DNA from: Takakia lepidozioides
Lineage: Eukaryota; Plantae; Bryophyta
NCBI GenBank assembly: GCA_030704615.1
Contig: CM060731.1
Coordinates: forward strand, 28,458,001 to 28,522,000
Reading direction: 5' to 3'
DNA: 64,000 bases
A model generated the notes under the pieces. It worked only from the letters and a program-made list of their open reading frames with translations. It was not told the DNA's origin and did no database searches. Below are positions 10,469 to 22,706 of this stretch, in pieces. The first letter of the stretch is position 1; the number at the start of each line of letters is the position of its first letter. The translations under genes and the position numbers were made by a program.

Positions 10469-13400
10469 ATGGCGGAAAACCCGAGCGCTACAGTGTACTG
10501 CCCTCCTCACGAGCATAGAGCTTCATTTCCGTGCAGAGGGGACACCTGCCAGGTGATGGAGAAATATTTGTGCGTTCGATACCACCTGAAACCGGGGTCG
10601 GTTTTTTTGGAGGAGGAAAGGAAGGACTAGTATATGGCTGCTGACAATGGAGGTGCAACAATGGAGGTGGAGGTAAAGTAGACGTTCAGCATTTGACAGA
10701 TATGGATAGAAAACATGACGGTCATCCTTGGTGCGTTACCAAAACCACCAGCATGAAGATGCTCGATGGTGTGCGGGTGTGCTACGTTGTTTGTGCGGGC
10801 GCGTTGCGGTGTTTCTCCCCAACTTGCTTCCACTTTAAATCCAGAGGTCATAGGAACGAGACCGATTGGACAGGCACAGCTCACCAACCATTTCGAGCTC
10901 AGGAGAAGGTTCCGAACTTCACATTTAAGTGTGCGCATTGCAAAGAACCACCACACTGCATGTCTGTTTGTAATGCCAAGCAGTTCTATGTGTTGCACCG
11001 TTTCCCTGTCCTTACCCGAGCTTGCATACACGTTGGTTCCCATTGTCACAAATTGGCGAGGGGGAACTCGCGGGAGGCTGCCCACGAAGCAGAGCAGCTC
11101 GTTCAGGAGGAGGTTAAGTTGAGACCGGGTGCCAAACCCAAACAGATACAGCTCCAAGCCGCCCATAAGATGGCATTGGCCAGAATTATGTCGGAAGACG
11201 GCTCCGATAGAGTTCCTCTCGACGAGAAGGAAATGGAGGCATTGCTGGAGTCGGTGTCCCATGTATGTTCACCGAATGTCCGAAACCACATTGTCTCATG
11301 CAAACAGAAAATTGGGCGTGGCTCGGATATGCACTCCATTCTGGAGGTGAAGCGACGATGTGGATATGACTACATTCATGGAAGTAGGTTTCCAGGACAA
11401 GGGACTGAGGCAGATCGTTGTTTCGTATTCAAAATGTCCACGTGTGGACCTGGCAGCGGCGTCGAACTGGTCGACAGGATGACGAGTGGGAACTTGTCAA
11501 ACAGTTGGGTCATGTTCGACCATATCAAGCGAATTACAAATCACCAGTGGGTGACAATGGGTGCACATGTCTACGACACCCACTGCAGGATGCTAATGAC
11601 AATTGCTATTTGTGAGATGAAAGGTGAGGACACACAATCGGAGATGCTTCTTTGGCAGGGAATAAACGAACAGATGGCCAAGGCGGGATTGCCCCCTCCC
11701 AATTTCCGTGGTTTCATGGCGGACAACGCACAAGCAAATTGGGCTGCCATCCGAAGGGTGTACGGGCAAGACCCCAATGTTCCCATGGAAGGCAAGGAGA
11801 GATCTTGTGGGTTCCATTTTCTGCAGAGCCTTTCGCAGTACACAACCAGGCTCGTGGCGCCAGATTTCAGAGAGGAGCACCGTTCCATGTGTCTTGCGTG
11901 GAAGCGCGCTCCCACCTTGGATGATGCAGAGACACAGTTTGCATGCATACGGGCTTGGTGGACAAGCAATGGTCAGTTGGCTAGCATGGTGGCATTATTG
12001 TTTCCTCTAGTTCGGCGACTATATGCGGGAGGTGAGTTGCACGAATTTGCGTCCCGTTGAATATTATTCTTGGCTATATTTGTAACTTGCTTGTAACCTG
12101 AACATGTGCTTGTGTAGGAAATGTGTCTCGACTCCGACACCGACATGCCCACGACAAACATGGCCGAATCAGTGCACTCTTCCTGGCGTGCCTCCTCTGC
12201 GGCGCATCTGGTGGACATCCTCACTGCCACAACGGAGGACATTGTGAGGTCAATTATGCAGCAATGCAGGTACAACGAGTTCTTGAAAGGGAAACAGTGG
12301 GGTTTGGGGCCGGACAGGCAGGAAATGCTGATGCGGACTGCCTCCAGATCGAAGAATCCTCGAAAGTGGGCGGCGGCCTTGCGAGAGGGCCTTCGGGACA
12401 CGCCATTGCTGCGAAGAGGCCAACATTTGGAAGGAGATGTTCATACCCGTCCAGTAAGACGAAGACTTGACGAGGCACCTGGCGGAGAAGAGGATTCATG
12501 GCGAGCTGACAAGAATATTTGCACGCTCCCTTGTGGTCCGGTGATGTTGCCTGAGGAGGTCTCGTCGAGCACCGCAAGTCCTGCACGTTCAAGATCGCCA
12601 TCTCCTTTGAGCACAGGGCGCGTGCCCCGGCAACATAACGAGCCATCTGTAGTAAAGCAGTACAACATTCCCATTGTGGAGACAAGAGTGTCGGAGTCAC
12701 AGTGGAGAATTGCGAGGACATTGCCGGCATTTCGAGGGAAGTGCTGCGCCATCCGGGTGGATACGAGAGCACGTTGTGGTGAGATGATTCGGAGGAACCC
12801 ACACGGTGCTGTACCTGCACCTTGTTTCAGCGGCAGATTTTTGACTCCCACATTTGCTCACGCCACAACGCAGACATTTTGGTTCTGTAGGCACGACATA
12901 ATGACCTGTGTATTTGGCAAGCCCAAGTACGGGATTCAGGGAATGCCGGAGCCTCCGGGCGTCTGGCCTGTTGCACCGGGTTGCAGCCTCTCTCAGAATG
13001 AGGCGGATGCTCTATCTGCAGCAGGATTTCGAATGGTGCAACGCACAGACATCTCGGCCCACGCATTTTCGGTTCCTCAGACCCAGCCGTTGTAGACTTC
13101 TCGGTCCAGTAGAGACGGATTGGACAATTCTGCACATCCCACAATGCGATTCGGAAGAGTGAAGAGACGACACCCTCCCAACAAGTTGAATGAGACTCGG
13201 ATTGCCAATGCTTTTGGGATGGCTTGCACTATTCAGAGCTCCGTGGACGTACCCCCACCCGGCCTTGGGCGTGTGTATCGGATGGCAACGGCCGGCTCGG
13301 CTGTACGCGACGATGTATACACAATTATGATTGGAGTGGAGCCAACTTGCAATTGTACGGACTTCTCCTTGATGGAAGCAAAGAAGGGTTCGAAGTATTA

Positions 13401-13536
13401 TCCGTGCAAGCATCTGTATTACATCTACCTGAAGAGGTTGAGGATGAACGTGACTATTGATGACTTTATTCATGCACCGGCGTTGAGCGTGAACGAGCTG
13501 CACAAACTCCTCCTTAGGGATTCCAGAAATCATTGA
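10469..13536 (+). pseudogene. Mutator-like (MULE) DDE transposase with an N-terminal GCM/WRKY-like Zn finger and a C-terminal SWIM finger; disrupted
   Basis: CAGALRCFSPTC...CAHC...C...HVGSHCH; VMFDH / FMADN / CGFH / TNMAES (D, D, CxxH, E); SWIM CNCTDF...PCKH. Intron 12032-12117 (gtgagt...tgtag). In-frame TAG at 13093 and a frameshift near 11970. Confidence 0.8.
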
Positions 13537-13694
13537 TGGGGCAAACGGAATCCTCCATATGGATATTTTCAAATGCATTTTGCTGTATCAGACTGTTTTT
13601 TTGCAGTGTAATGAAATGCACCCCAAAACTCCTGGAATGAGGCAATATTCCATTCAAACTAAGATCCAACAGAAGCAGTTGTGGGGCCATTTCT

Positions 13695-14125
13695 GGAAAA
13701 ATGGCGTCGAATTTCTCTTTTCGGGGCCGAAAACTGGCTAAGTCCCAACATGCACTGGTACCTGTGTCTAGGAAAATGGCGCCGAATTTCTCTTTTTGGG
13801 GCCGAAAACTGGCTAAGTCCCAACATGCACTGGTACCGTGTCTAGAAAAATGGCGCCGAATTTCTCTTTTTTGGGCCGAAAACTGGCTAAGTCCCAACAT
13901 GCACTGGTACAGTGTCTGGAAAAATGGCGCCGAATTTCCCTATTTTGCGCCGAAAACTGGCTAAGTCCGAACATGCACTGGAAAAATGGCGCCGAATTAC
14001 CTGTCATGAGGGGACCTATAGCCGCGGAATTCGGCACCATTTTTCGCCAGAGAGACCTATTACCGCGAAATACGTCGCCGTTTTTTCAGGTTACGGACCC
14101 TATTACCGCGAAATTCGGTGCCATA
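13695..14125. repeat. Tandem ~74-75-bp units related to the 4090 array
   Basis: aaaatggcgccgaatttc and cgaaaactggctaagtccc recur at ~13698, 13773, 13847, 13922 and 13983. Confidence 0.9.
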
Positions 14126-14597
14126 TTTGCACATGTCGCTGGAAATTGGCATGAGCGGAAGACAAAATATCATGAGCACAACTGTCAAAACTGCAATTTT
14201 CCCTTCAAGGGGCCGAATAATATATTTGTTTTTCTTGACACATTGCATTAAATTATTGTTTTTTATTGTTTTTTATTTTCGAAATTTGTACTTCTGCTCA
14301 TGAAAACCGATTGTGTTACTACTCTGCTCATGCCGCTCATGCCGCTCATGCTCATGAAATAGCAAACCTCCACTTCAGCCTCCACGTCAGATTCATCTAG
14401 CAGGGTGAGTTCTTCCTTCCTAATATTCAGGTATTTATCATAGGGTCGCTGGTATGAGGCATGCGATTCAGCTGATTGTACCATAGGTCTGACTGACAGG
14501 GTCTTCTTGCATAGGCCTTTGGGCTTGGCTTACCCACGTGGTTTGCCATCCCTAGTAGTATGGTCGTATTGTTTCACATGTTTCTGTTGAGCAATGT

Positions 14598-17500
14598 GTG
14601 CAGAGTTCAGTCAAAAAAAGGAAGGGAATTGCAGGGAAGGATGCGAACGAGCATAAGTCTCTTACTCCAGCAAAGTGTGCACCAACTATTGCGCCAACTG
14701 CTGTGATGAGTGGCGCGGTTGTTCCCCCTTACGAAAAACCAGCCCCGCCCACTCCACAGATTGACGTTCCAGCTCCCTTGTATCCACCAGTATCGGCTCC
14801 TCCCTCGTATCCGCTTATGTACCCACAGTATCCTGCCATGTCAGGGTATAATCTGCATGGGCACATGCCGTATCCTCACTATCAACCTCCAAACAATGAT
14901 TCTCAGTGCCAGAATTACAATTCTTTTGCTCCACCTGCAGGCGCTCCAATGCATGATCCTAGTCAAGGTGGGTATTCCATTTACCACCATTATGGAATGC
15001 ATCCCCATAGTATGTATCCTCCTCGGCCTATGTACAACCAACCTACTTCCTCCCTCTATCCTACCAGCCCTGCAAGACCACACCAGGGGCAGGTCCAGTA
15101 TGGTGGCCACCAACCTTCAGGATCCAACTACAGTGGAATACAACTGCCGGCACCTTCGAGCTTCACTGCACCGCGGCCACCTCTTTATCCAACATCTCCA
15201 GGTACACCTAATACCCTGAAAGGGAAAGGCATTTTGAAACAGACCGAGGATGCATTTGCTCTGCATCATCCTGTGGGGTGGGAGACAGCAGTCCAGCCCC
15301 AACAGAGTGAAGGTGGTAACATGCATGGTACTGCTGAAACCTTGCAGGATTCCAGCCTTAGTCCTGGGGGGACATCAGGTGTGACTCCTATAACGCAAAA
15401 ATGCTTTAAGGAGGGAAAGAAGGGCACTTGCAAAAGATCTGAGAGACCAGGCTGCTCAGAATGTGGCTGTAGGGAGGAGGAAATTTTTCATTTCTTGTGA
15501 TGAACTTGGAAACCTTGAAGGTCCTGCTCGGAACCAGTGGATGACAGCTCTGCGAGGGCAGTGTCAACGTTTGTTGGACTGGTCATTGTATGCTCAGGAT
15601 CAACCATTACACTTAATTGAAAAGATCATGGAGATCCTGGCTTCAGATTGGGAATACGGACCTCCTGGTCTTAACATAAAGGCTATTACAAAAACAATTT
15701 GCGGGCAGCTCAAGTACCAACGAAATAAGCTGCTCAAAAATTACTATAGTGCGGGGCTGCCCAAACCCCATCATGTGCCAGACAAGACATGGGCACAACT
15801 AGTTGTTAGTTGGGGTTCCACTGATTTCAAGAAATTTCAGGCAAATGGTGTCAAGGCGCGGGGATGTGTGAAGAATACATCTCGATCAGGTCGCAGTGGA
15901 ATCAGCGGTGTTGTAGCACGACTGGTATACTTCTCTTACAACATAGGAAGTTCCCACATTGTTTTGCATTGACAAACTTTATGTGTTGGGTTTTTTTGGC
16001 TGGAGCTCAGAGTCTATTCCTATCACCATTGAATTAGTACACATTGCTACTACTTGGGGGCCTTCTCAGAGTTGGGCGCCAGCAAGAAACTAAGCACTCT
16101 TATTGAGGGGGAGTCATTGACGCTATCCTAGATAATTCTTTACTGTTGGCAATGTGCTATGCTAGTCATTAACACTTGCAAGTTTGTTGCAATCATAGGA
16201 GAAGGAGACTGGACGTACACCAAGTTTGCAGGAGATCGCCGGTAGCGCCAGGAGTGACAAAGGCTACGGCTCGGGGTGTACAGGCAGTGCAGCCACAACG
16301 GTATATAAACTCAGTACCAATTCTGGTGTGAATTACATATTCGTGATTTCCATGCCATTGCTAGTTGTCGTTTGGTTCTGTTTTCTTACTAGTTCATCAG
16401 TCAGTGTAGTGAATTGTTACTTTGGAGGTGTTCTATGTGATGGGGCAGGGAATTGGTTCACTAGCAGCTCGCCTCGATGCTATGGAAAACAAACAAGTGC
16501 AGATGGAAGCCAGCTCCAAGGCAGCTTTGGAAGCAGTCCAAGGCCAACTGGAGGCAGCAGTTGCATTCAACATTGCGCTCGCAGCTAAACTTGACATGAA
16601 TGTGCCAGATTCGGAACCTACAGGTCCACCATGCACCACCTTTGCGCCACACACAACAAATGAGACTATTTCTCATGTTATGGGCTCACCACTCAACCTG
16701 TTCAAGGCAGTTTCTTCACCGCCACCAAAGCCAAACACAATAGGCTCATTGTTTGGGCTTTCAGAAATGGAGGGGGATGATGACATGGAGGGTTGGTCTG
16801 AAGGTGAACTCAATCCATCCCCCCATATTGTTGAGGCAACTGCAAAGTGTTCATCCGTTTTGTTGTCCCCTACACCAGTAGCACTTCCGGCATATGTACT
16901 ACCCTCTCAATATGCCTGTGAGGTCTCCATGAATTTGCAGAGTGCCCCACAGAAAGGTGTGTCTTTTGTACATGATAATCATGTACAAGTTGTTGGTAAT
17001 TGCCCTTCGGCAACTGAGAGGCAGAAACACATCCTTATACTTGACTTGAATGGATTGTTATGTGAGAGCAGACTACGAACAAGGGAACACCTAGAGCCCA
17101 CCTCCAGACCTGGGTGTCAGGAGTTTCTGGACCGATGCCTTCAGATTTTTGATGTAGGTGTATGGTCTTCCATGTCATTGAGTAATGTCCTTCCAGTTGT
17201 GAAAGCATTGTTTCCTGGGAAGCAACCAAAGATGGTGCTTCACCAAGACTATTGTGACCAACCTGTGGGAATGGTGGACCCTCTCAATCCTTCTAAAACT
17301 GTCATGTACAAGAACTTATGTAAGTTTTGGAAGGACTACAGCCGTTACAATCCAACCAATACTTTGCTGGTGGACGATTCCCCACTCACTTGCTTACCCA
17401 ACCCTGCAAATAATTGCATCTTCCCGTATCCATGGAAGTTGAGGGATCAGCCAAACTGCAAGAGGCTTATGAAAGAATTACTGCCTTGGTTAGAGGGTGT

Positions 17501-18444
17501 ATCCAAGGCTGCACACATCCCTGAGTATGTGTCAGGGCACCCATACAGATATGGGCAGCCCAACTACTTGTTCAATACTGCAGCCATGGGTAGTGGATCA
17601 CAACAATCTGCAAAGGCATCCGAACCAGGGCTTCCTGCTGCCAGAGTTCCAACGACTTTGCCTTCCGATGCAACAACAAAGCATAATCAAATAAAGGTGA
17701 GAGCAAAAGATTCAATGCTTGGGCACGTGGGTGGATTTGTATTGTTAATGCTACTTCACAATGTGTGTCATTCGTGCTATTCTCATTTTTTGATCATGTG
17801 TCATTCAATATGCAGATGGTGAAACCAGTGAAGCGTTCAATGGGCAGGGAAAGCACAATATGTGCTATGATGCTGGATCAATACACCCCCTATGTATCGC
17901 TGTGTAGCTGCAGGATTGACAACCTACAAAGGTAGTTTTGTGACATCGTCCTACCACATCCATGTTGACCATGCAGAACCTGCTATCAACTAGGTATGGC
18001 ACCGTTCCACCTTTGATCATGTCAGCATGGAGTATAGAGACAGGCAAATGCAATTCAGAATTGGAAGTACTGCAATAGGTAGGGTTGGGGTGTTTGCTGG
18101 AAGAACGAGGATGCATTTTGCAGGAGTACCAAGCTGTTAGTCTCTGTTCTCCAGGGTTCATTTCTGATATAGGAATCTGGTTTTTGTTGCAGTTTCAGAT
18201 CGGCGACAAGGTGTTATTGTTTGATCCTTGTGCACCAAAAAGAAGGGCAGGTGTGGGATATATTGCTGGATTTCCGAAAGCAAATGTGCCAGACAACTAT
18301 TACCGTATCCATGTGAAATCGGTCATGATTTCAGAGGTTGTGTTGCCGTACCCGGACTACTCTGTTACCCCTAATCATACCACATTGGGTGACACGCAGG
18401 GAAGTGCCACCTTATGGTCTGAAAAGTTTATTAAACACGCGTGA
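14598..18444 (+). CDS. CACTA TnpA-like (Ptta/En-Spm) multi-exon gene with a Pro-rich N-terminus, an internal FCP1/HAD-like domain and a Tnp1-like C-terminus; probably disrupted
   Basis: PHHVPDKTWAQLVVSWGS...ARGCVKNTSRSGRSG, then an intron, then EKETGRTPSLQE. FCP1-like ILILDLNGLL...RPGCQEFL...VGVWSS...NTLLVDDSP. C-terminal YYRIHVKSV...LPYPD...TLGDTQGSATLW. Confidence 0.7.
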
Positions 18445-19129
18445 TATTGAAGATGCTACAAGTTTAGTTTAGTTTTCTTTATGGATTGAAGGTTGCTGAG
18501 ACAGGTGAACAAAACTGCTCTTCTGACATGAACAGTATTTTTTGAATTGATGCTCTTGCTATTCTCATGTATGATCACAAGATCCCCTTGTTCAAAGGCA
18601 ACTTCATTTTCCCACATCAAGCCAAATTAAACTTGTGTAGACATGAATGTGGTATTTTGCTGGTTGTTTGCTATATTTAATATTAATAACATTACTACTG
18701 GTCAATGTGGTTCATAATACAATTATTATCCATGTTTTAAATAAGCTTTTGTTTAAATGAAACAAAACAAATCAAAATTCTAAAACAATAATATATTACA
18801 TATTAAATCAAGCAGCCAATGGCTTTTGGGGTGCTATCTCATTTATTATAAGAATAAGAATAATAATAATATGACTATTCATTTTGGCATTTGTCAACAA
18901 ATAATAATTGTTTATTTTTCATCCAATAGGAACAAAACAGTGGATGTGACAGTATTCACACTAGTGTCATTGCGATCACACCACGACTTGAACCTGGTGT
19001 TAAATCTGTGTGAGAGAGTCCGTAAGAAGAGCCCTTAATATCTATTATTTATTTAATAATTCTGATGGACTCTATTACGTGGCATTCCCTTTGACATACA
19101 TGTGGCAAACATGGTGGCGCCGAGGTGTA

Positions 19130-19411
19130 ATAAGTACCGTAGAAAGACCATTAAGATTACTTAGTCAAAATAGTAGTTGAACTAACCAGTCAAAACGACC
19201 GTCAAAATATCCGTCAAAAGAGCCACCTAAGCCTACTGCCACATCAGGTGCAAGTTTGGTGTGAGATGGTTTTTTTCACAGGACCAAGAAAGTTCACATG
19301 TGGTGCAAAGGACTAGGTTAACCTAACACCAAGGGGGGGTGTGAACTTGCGCTTTTTTCACACCAAAATGTGTGAGAAGAGCCGTTAAAAAAACCAGTTT
19401 CTGTACTAGTG
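19130..19411 (+). mobile_element. Right terminus of a CACTA element (TIR plus subterminal repeats)
   Basis: ...aaaaaaaccagtttctgtacTAGTG (reverse complement CACTAGTACAGAAACTGG), repeated gtcaaaa motifs, downstream of the TnpA-like gene. Left TIR not seen in the window. Confidence 0.7.
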
Positions 19412-19679
19412 TACTTAATAAAGGAAGACTCGTTCTAGAACTCACTTGTCTTTTGAACCTTACAAGAGGATTTGGGGTTCTTATCAGTACATCCTCAGCT
19501 CTTAGAGCCTCCTCTGCTTTTGGAGCTTCCCTACCTCTGAGCCTCTGCCCTGCTCCTTCAGCCTCCTCTGCTCTTGGAGCATCCTCAGCTCTTAGAGCCT
19601 TCGCTGCTCTTCTTGTCATTTCTTGCTTGTCTCTTAGCTTTATCTCTGATTTTCTACATCACTGACTTGGTTATGAAGC

Positions 19680-20400
19680 ATTGCCTTCCTGGATCAACCT
19701 CTATGGCACTTTTTATGAGGTTATTTTTTCCTCAATTATCTCTTAGGCTTTTGGCCCATGGCTATAAAACTACAACGCTTCCATCCCATTTCATTAAGAA
19801 TTAAATTAAAAAAATCCTATATAAAAGAGAAGACACTAGACATAGGAGGCTTACTCTTCTGCCCTCTTGCCAGATCTATCTGGCACCTGGTTTCTGCTTT
19901 TTACGGTCTATGGAACCCCATTCCCCCTCTTTATCATGTGCTAGTGTTACTGAATGTTTCTCAGTTCTCTATTTTCTCCTCTTGCTCGATTTGGGGTTGC
20001 TTGAGATCCCGCACTCTCTGGCAGATTTAAAAAATTATGCATATGTTCTTAATTAGTGTTTGAGGGGAGGAGCCCCAACATCAATCTAATTTTGTTTAAC
20101 ATTTATTCAGATTTGATGACCGAGGGAAGGAAAGCCTGGGCTTCTCTTGTGGCAGCCTCTGGCAGGTGTTCAAGTTGTAGAAGGATTCAATTGTTCCAAG
20201 CTTTTGACCTCACATGGGCCAAGAGCAACATCATCTGCACCCATCACTCAGAATCTCAGATCACCTGGAATGACCAGCTCCCCCAAGCTTGGCTGCCTGG
20301 TTCCTGAGCCAGAGGATCTTGATGTCAATTGGCGTCACCGTACAGGTCGTGCGGACCACATCAAGGCTCACTTGGAATTCTAGTTCTGTGGGACCTCTGT
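19680..20400 (+). mobile_element. Degenerate L1-like LINE 3' fragment (zf-RVT-like region)
   Basis: FCPLARSIW-type motif and Trp-rich broken frames. Confidence 0.35.
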
Positions 20401-20683
20401 TTTCTACTCAGCTCTAAAGATTCTTAGTCTCGGGCTCTGATGGAGTGTGCTTTAAGGCAGCTCGGGTCTCTTTCAGGAGGCTCCTCCTAGATCGATTCTC
20501 TTGGAGTCTCTTTAGTTCTGATCTCTTCAGATCTTGACTTTAATTTGTTATCTTATTTTTGCTTCTTCTTGTGCCAGCCTGCTTGCTATGTTGTAAATTA
20601 GCAGGCCTGCTATTAGCCCCCTCTGCCTTTTCTCGGCCCTCCTTCTAGGTTGTGGTTCCTTAGGGCCGTACCACACTAGCGGC

Positions 20684-21447
20684 TGTCGCGCAACTTTTAC
20701 TCACCCATCCCTTCGCTATCCGAGGCGGAAACTCCAAGATAGAAGAGTTGGAAATCTCTAAGTACTCAGCCCGCGCAGAACAATTAGTCATGACCTACAG
20801 CTAGTGTATCATGGGGATGTTTCCTATTTGTTTCCCTTTCCGCATTCATGTTAGCTACCTTACCATTGATAATTAAGTATCAGTTTGCTTCATCAATCTA
20901 TCGGATTCCATCAATTCATCCATTCATTCCACAGCTTCACTCAGATCTCTCTACACAGTGTGATTGTATCGTATAAGTATCAGATTATGATTTATCCGGT
21001 ATCAGGCCGAAGCCATTGTGTCTCTAATCTGCTCTACAATATCACTACAGCTTTACATATAACAAGCATCTACTAATCATCTTTCCTCCTTCACCGTGCT
21101 CTCCATCTTTGCTTCCGTTCTTACTCTACGTCCGATCCTCTCTCATGCATGACCAAGAAGTCCCCCCCGTGAAGTGCTTCCAAGAATATATGTCTTCTCA
21201 GTCCTTGCTTCCCCCTTTATCTTCCTACCCGTGGCTCTAACCGTTTCCCTCGCTAACCGTCGTCCGTGAACTAACATGTTCCATTTGCAGGTGTTGTTCC
21301 CCACAGTCGTTCCCTGTCCTGCTCTCCGTTCCCTATGGTCGTGACAGTTGTGTCAAGCTGTGACTGGCTGTGTGAAATTGTGACGGGCTGTGACTGGCTG
21401 TGCGACTGTGTTTGGCTGTGTCGGGCTGTGACTGGATGTGTGGCTGT
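20684..21447 (-). mobile_element. Truncated LTR, same family as 2974-4089
   Basis: Reverse complement matches ~3400-4089, including the terminus TGTCGCG and the GCTGTG repeats. Confidence 0.85.
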
Positions 21448-21699
21448 ACCTGGGCTCCCACTAGACCAGCCTAATATTGCAAAGAACACAACTTTGTCGT
21501 TACCAGTACTGCGTCTTCCACTGTCGCTTGCACCCTAGGTATCAATTATATGTGGAACTTAAAACCTAGTGATTTCTTCAGCATTGGGTTAATGATGTGA
21601 TTGCATTGCTTCAATAAGCTAAGTAAAGGCTTAGGATACTAATGTGGTCAAATTGTTAGGTGTTTGTTACATTCCTCATTTCTATTTCTCTTTTTCAAT

Positions 21700-22134
21700 C
21701 ATTTGCCCTTCCTGTCAGTCGAACTGAAATTCAGGCTCTCCTGAAGGCAACACCTCTTGGACCCTTAGAATCACACGACCTGCTGTGACATCCAAGGTCG
21801 TAGGCGCTGTCTACTGCAGATATATATAGTCCCCAGGATGGGAACGCCGAACACCTGGCTGATATCCCCCTCCACGTATAGTGGTGTACCGCAATGTATC
21901 TCGGTGTTGGGCAATAGCAAGGTTCTCAAAAGCCATAGGCATGACTCTCTTGAACAACTCTGCCCGCTGGGCACATGCTTGTGTCCACACATCCGGATCA
22001 TCAAGGTTGAGGACTACTGCAGTCTCCCTGCGAATAGATGCAGACAAATCTGGCTCTCGGCCAAAGAGAAGGAAATAAGACGAGAACGAGGTCGCTCTTC
22101 AGTGCTTCCTGAATCTCCTTTATGATCTCTACAT
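21700..22134 (-). mobile_element. Ty3/gypsy integrase C-terminal fragment
   Basis: RVMPMAFENLAIAQHRDTLRY...PGDYIYLQ resembles the post-core integrase region. Confidence 0.6.
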
Positions 22135-22353
22135 TGTCATAGGTGGACATGGATAGCATATTCAATTGGAGATGTGAGTGAGATCGTTCTATTTATGGCA
22201 TATGATGTTTCAACGTACGTTTGCTTCTTTCTACCCTATATTGCCTGTGACTCTGAAATTTCAAATTCACTTTCTTGCCAACAGTTCCATCATCACCAGA
22301 CTAGAGATTGAACCAAGTCCCTGACAATTGGGCAAGATCACACATCGCAGATC

Positions 22354-22706
22354 TGTAACATGGTAGAATCTAGAAGGTTCTAGATGGAGGAGGAAAGTTC
22401 CCTAGAAGTTTCCAAAATAACTAGGAAGGTTCTTAGGAAGTTTGATTTAAGGAAGTTTGACTTGAGGTTCTCAAGTCAAACCTATAAGACATTTATATTA
22501 TGGAGAGTAGGTCAAATGTTTAATAAAGTCATATTGTGGAGAATATATTAAACCTAGGAAGGTTGACTTTAGGAGGTTTTGATTTGAGGTTCTCAAGTCA
22601 AACCTTTAAAATAATCATATTGTGAAGGGTACATAAACATGCAATGAAAGTCTAGAAGACATCGAGTTGTTTTGGGAAAAAGTTGAGAAATACTTCTATT
22701 GTTACA
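22354..22706 (+). mobile_element. 5' LTR of chromovirus A
   Basis: TGTAACA...TGTTACA, followed by PBS tggtatcagag (22708-22718, tRNA-Met) and preceded by TSD AGATC. Confidence 0.9.

Noticed and set aside
18959-19411. Small non-autonomous CACTA starting at CACTAGTG 18959
   Set aside because: The TIR match stops after 7 bp and the 3-bp flanks differ (tca versus tac).
2974-21447. Inverted LTR copies as TIRs of a 17-kb element
   Set aside because: The left copy has a PPT and TG..CA ends and the right copy is truncated and diverged, which fits independent insertions. No shared TSD (ctaag versus gccgc).
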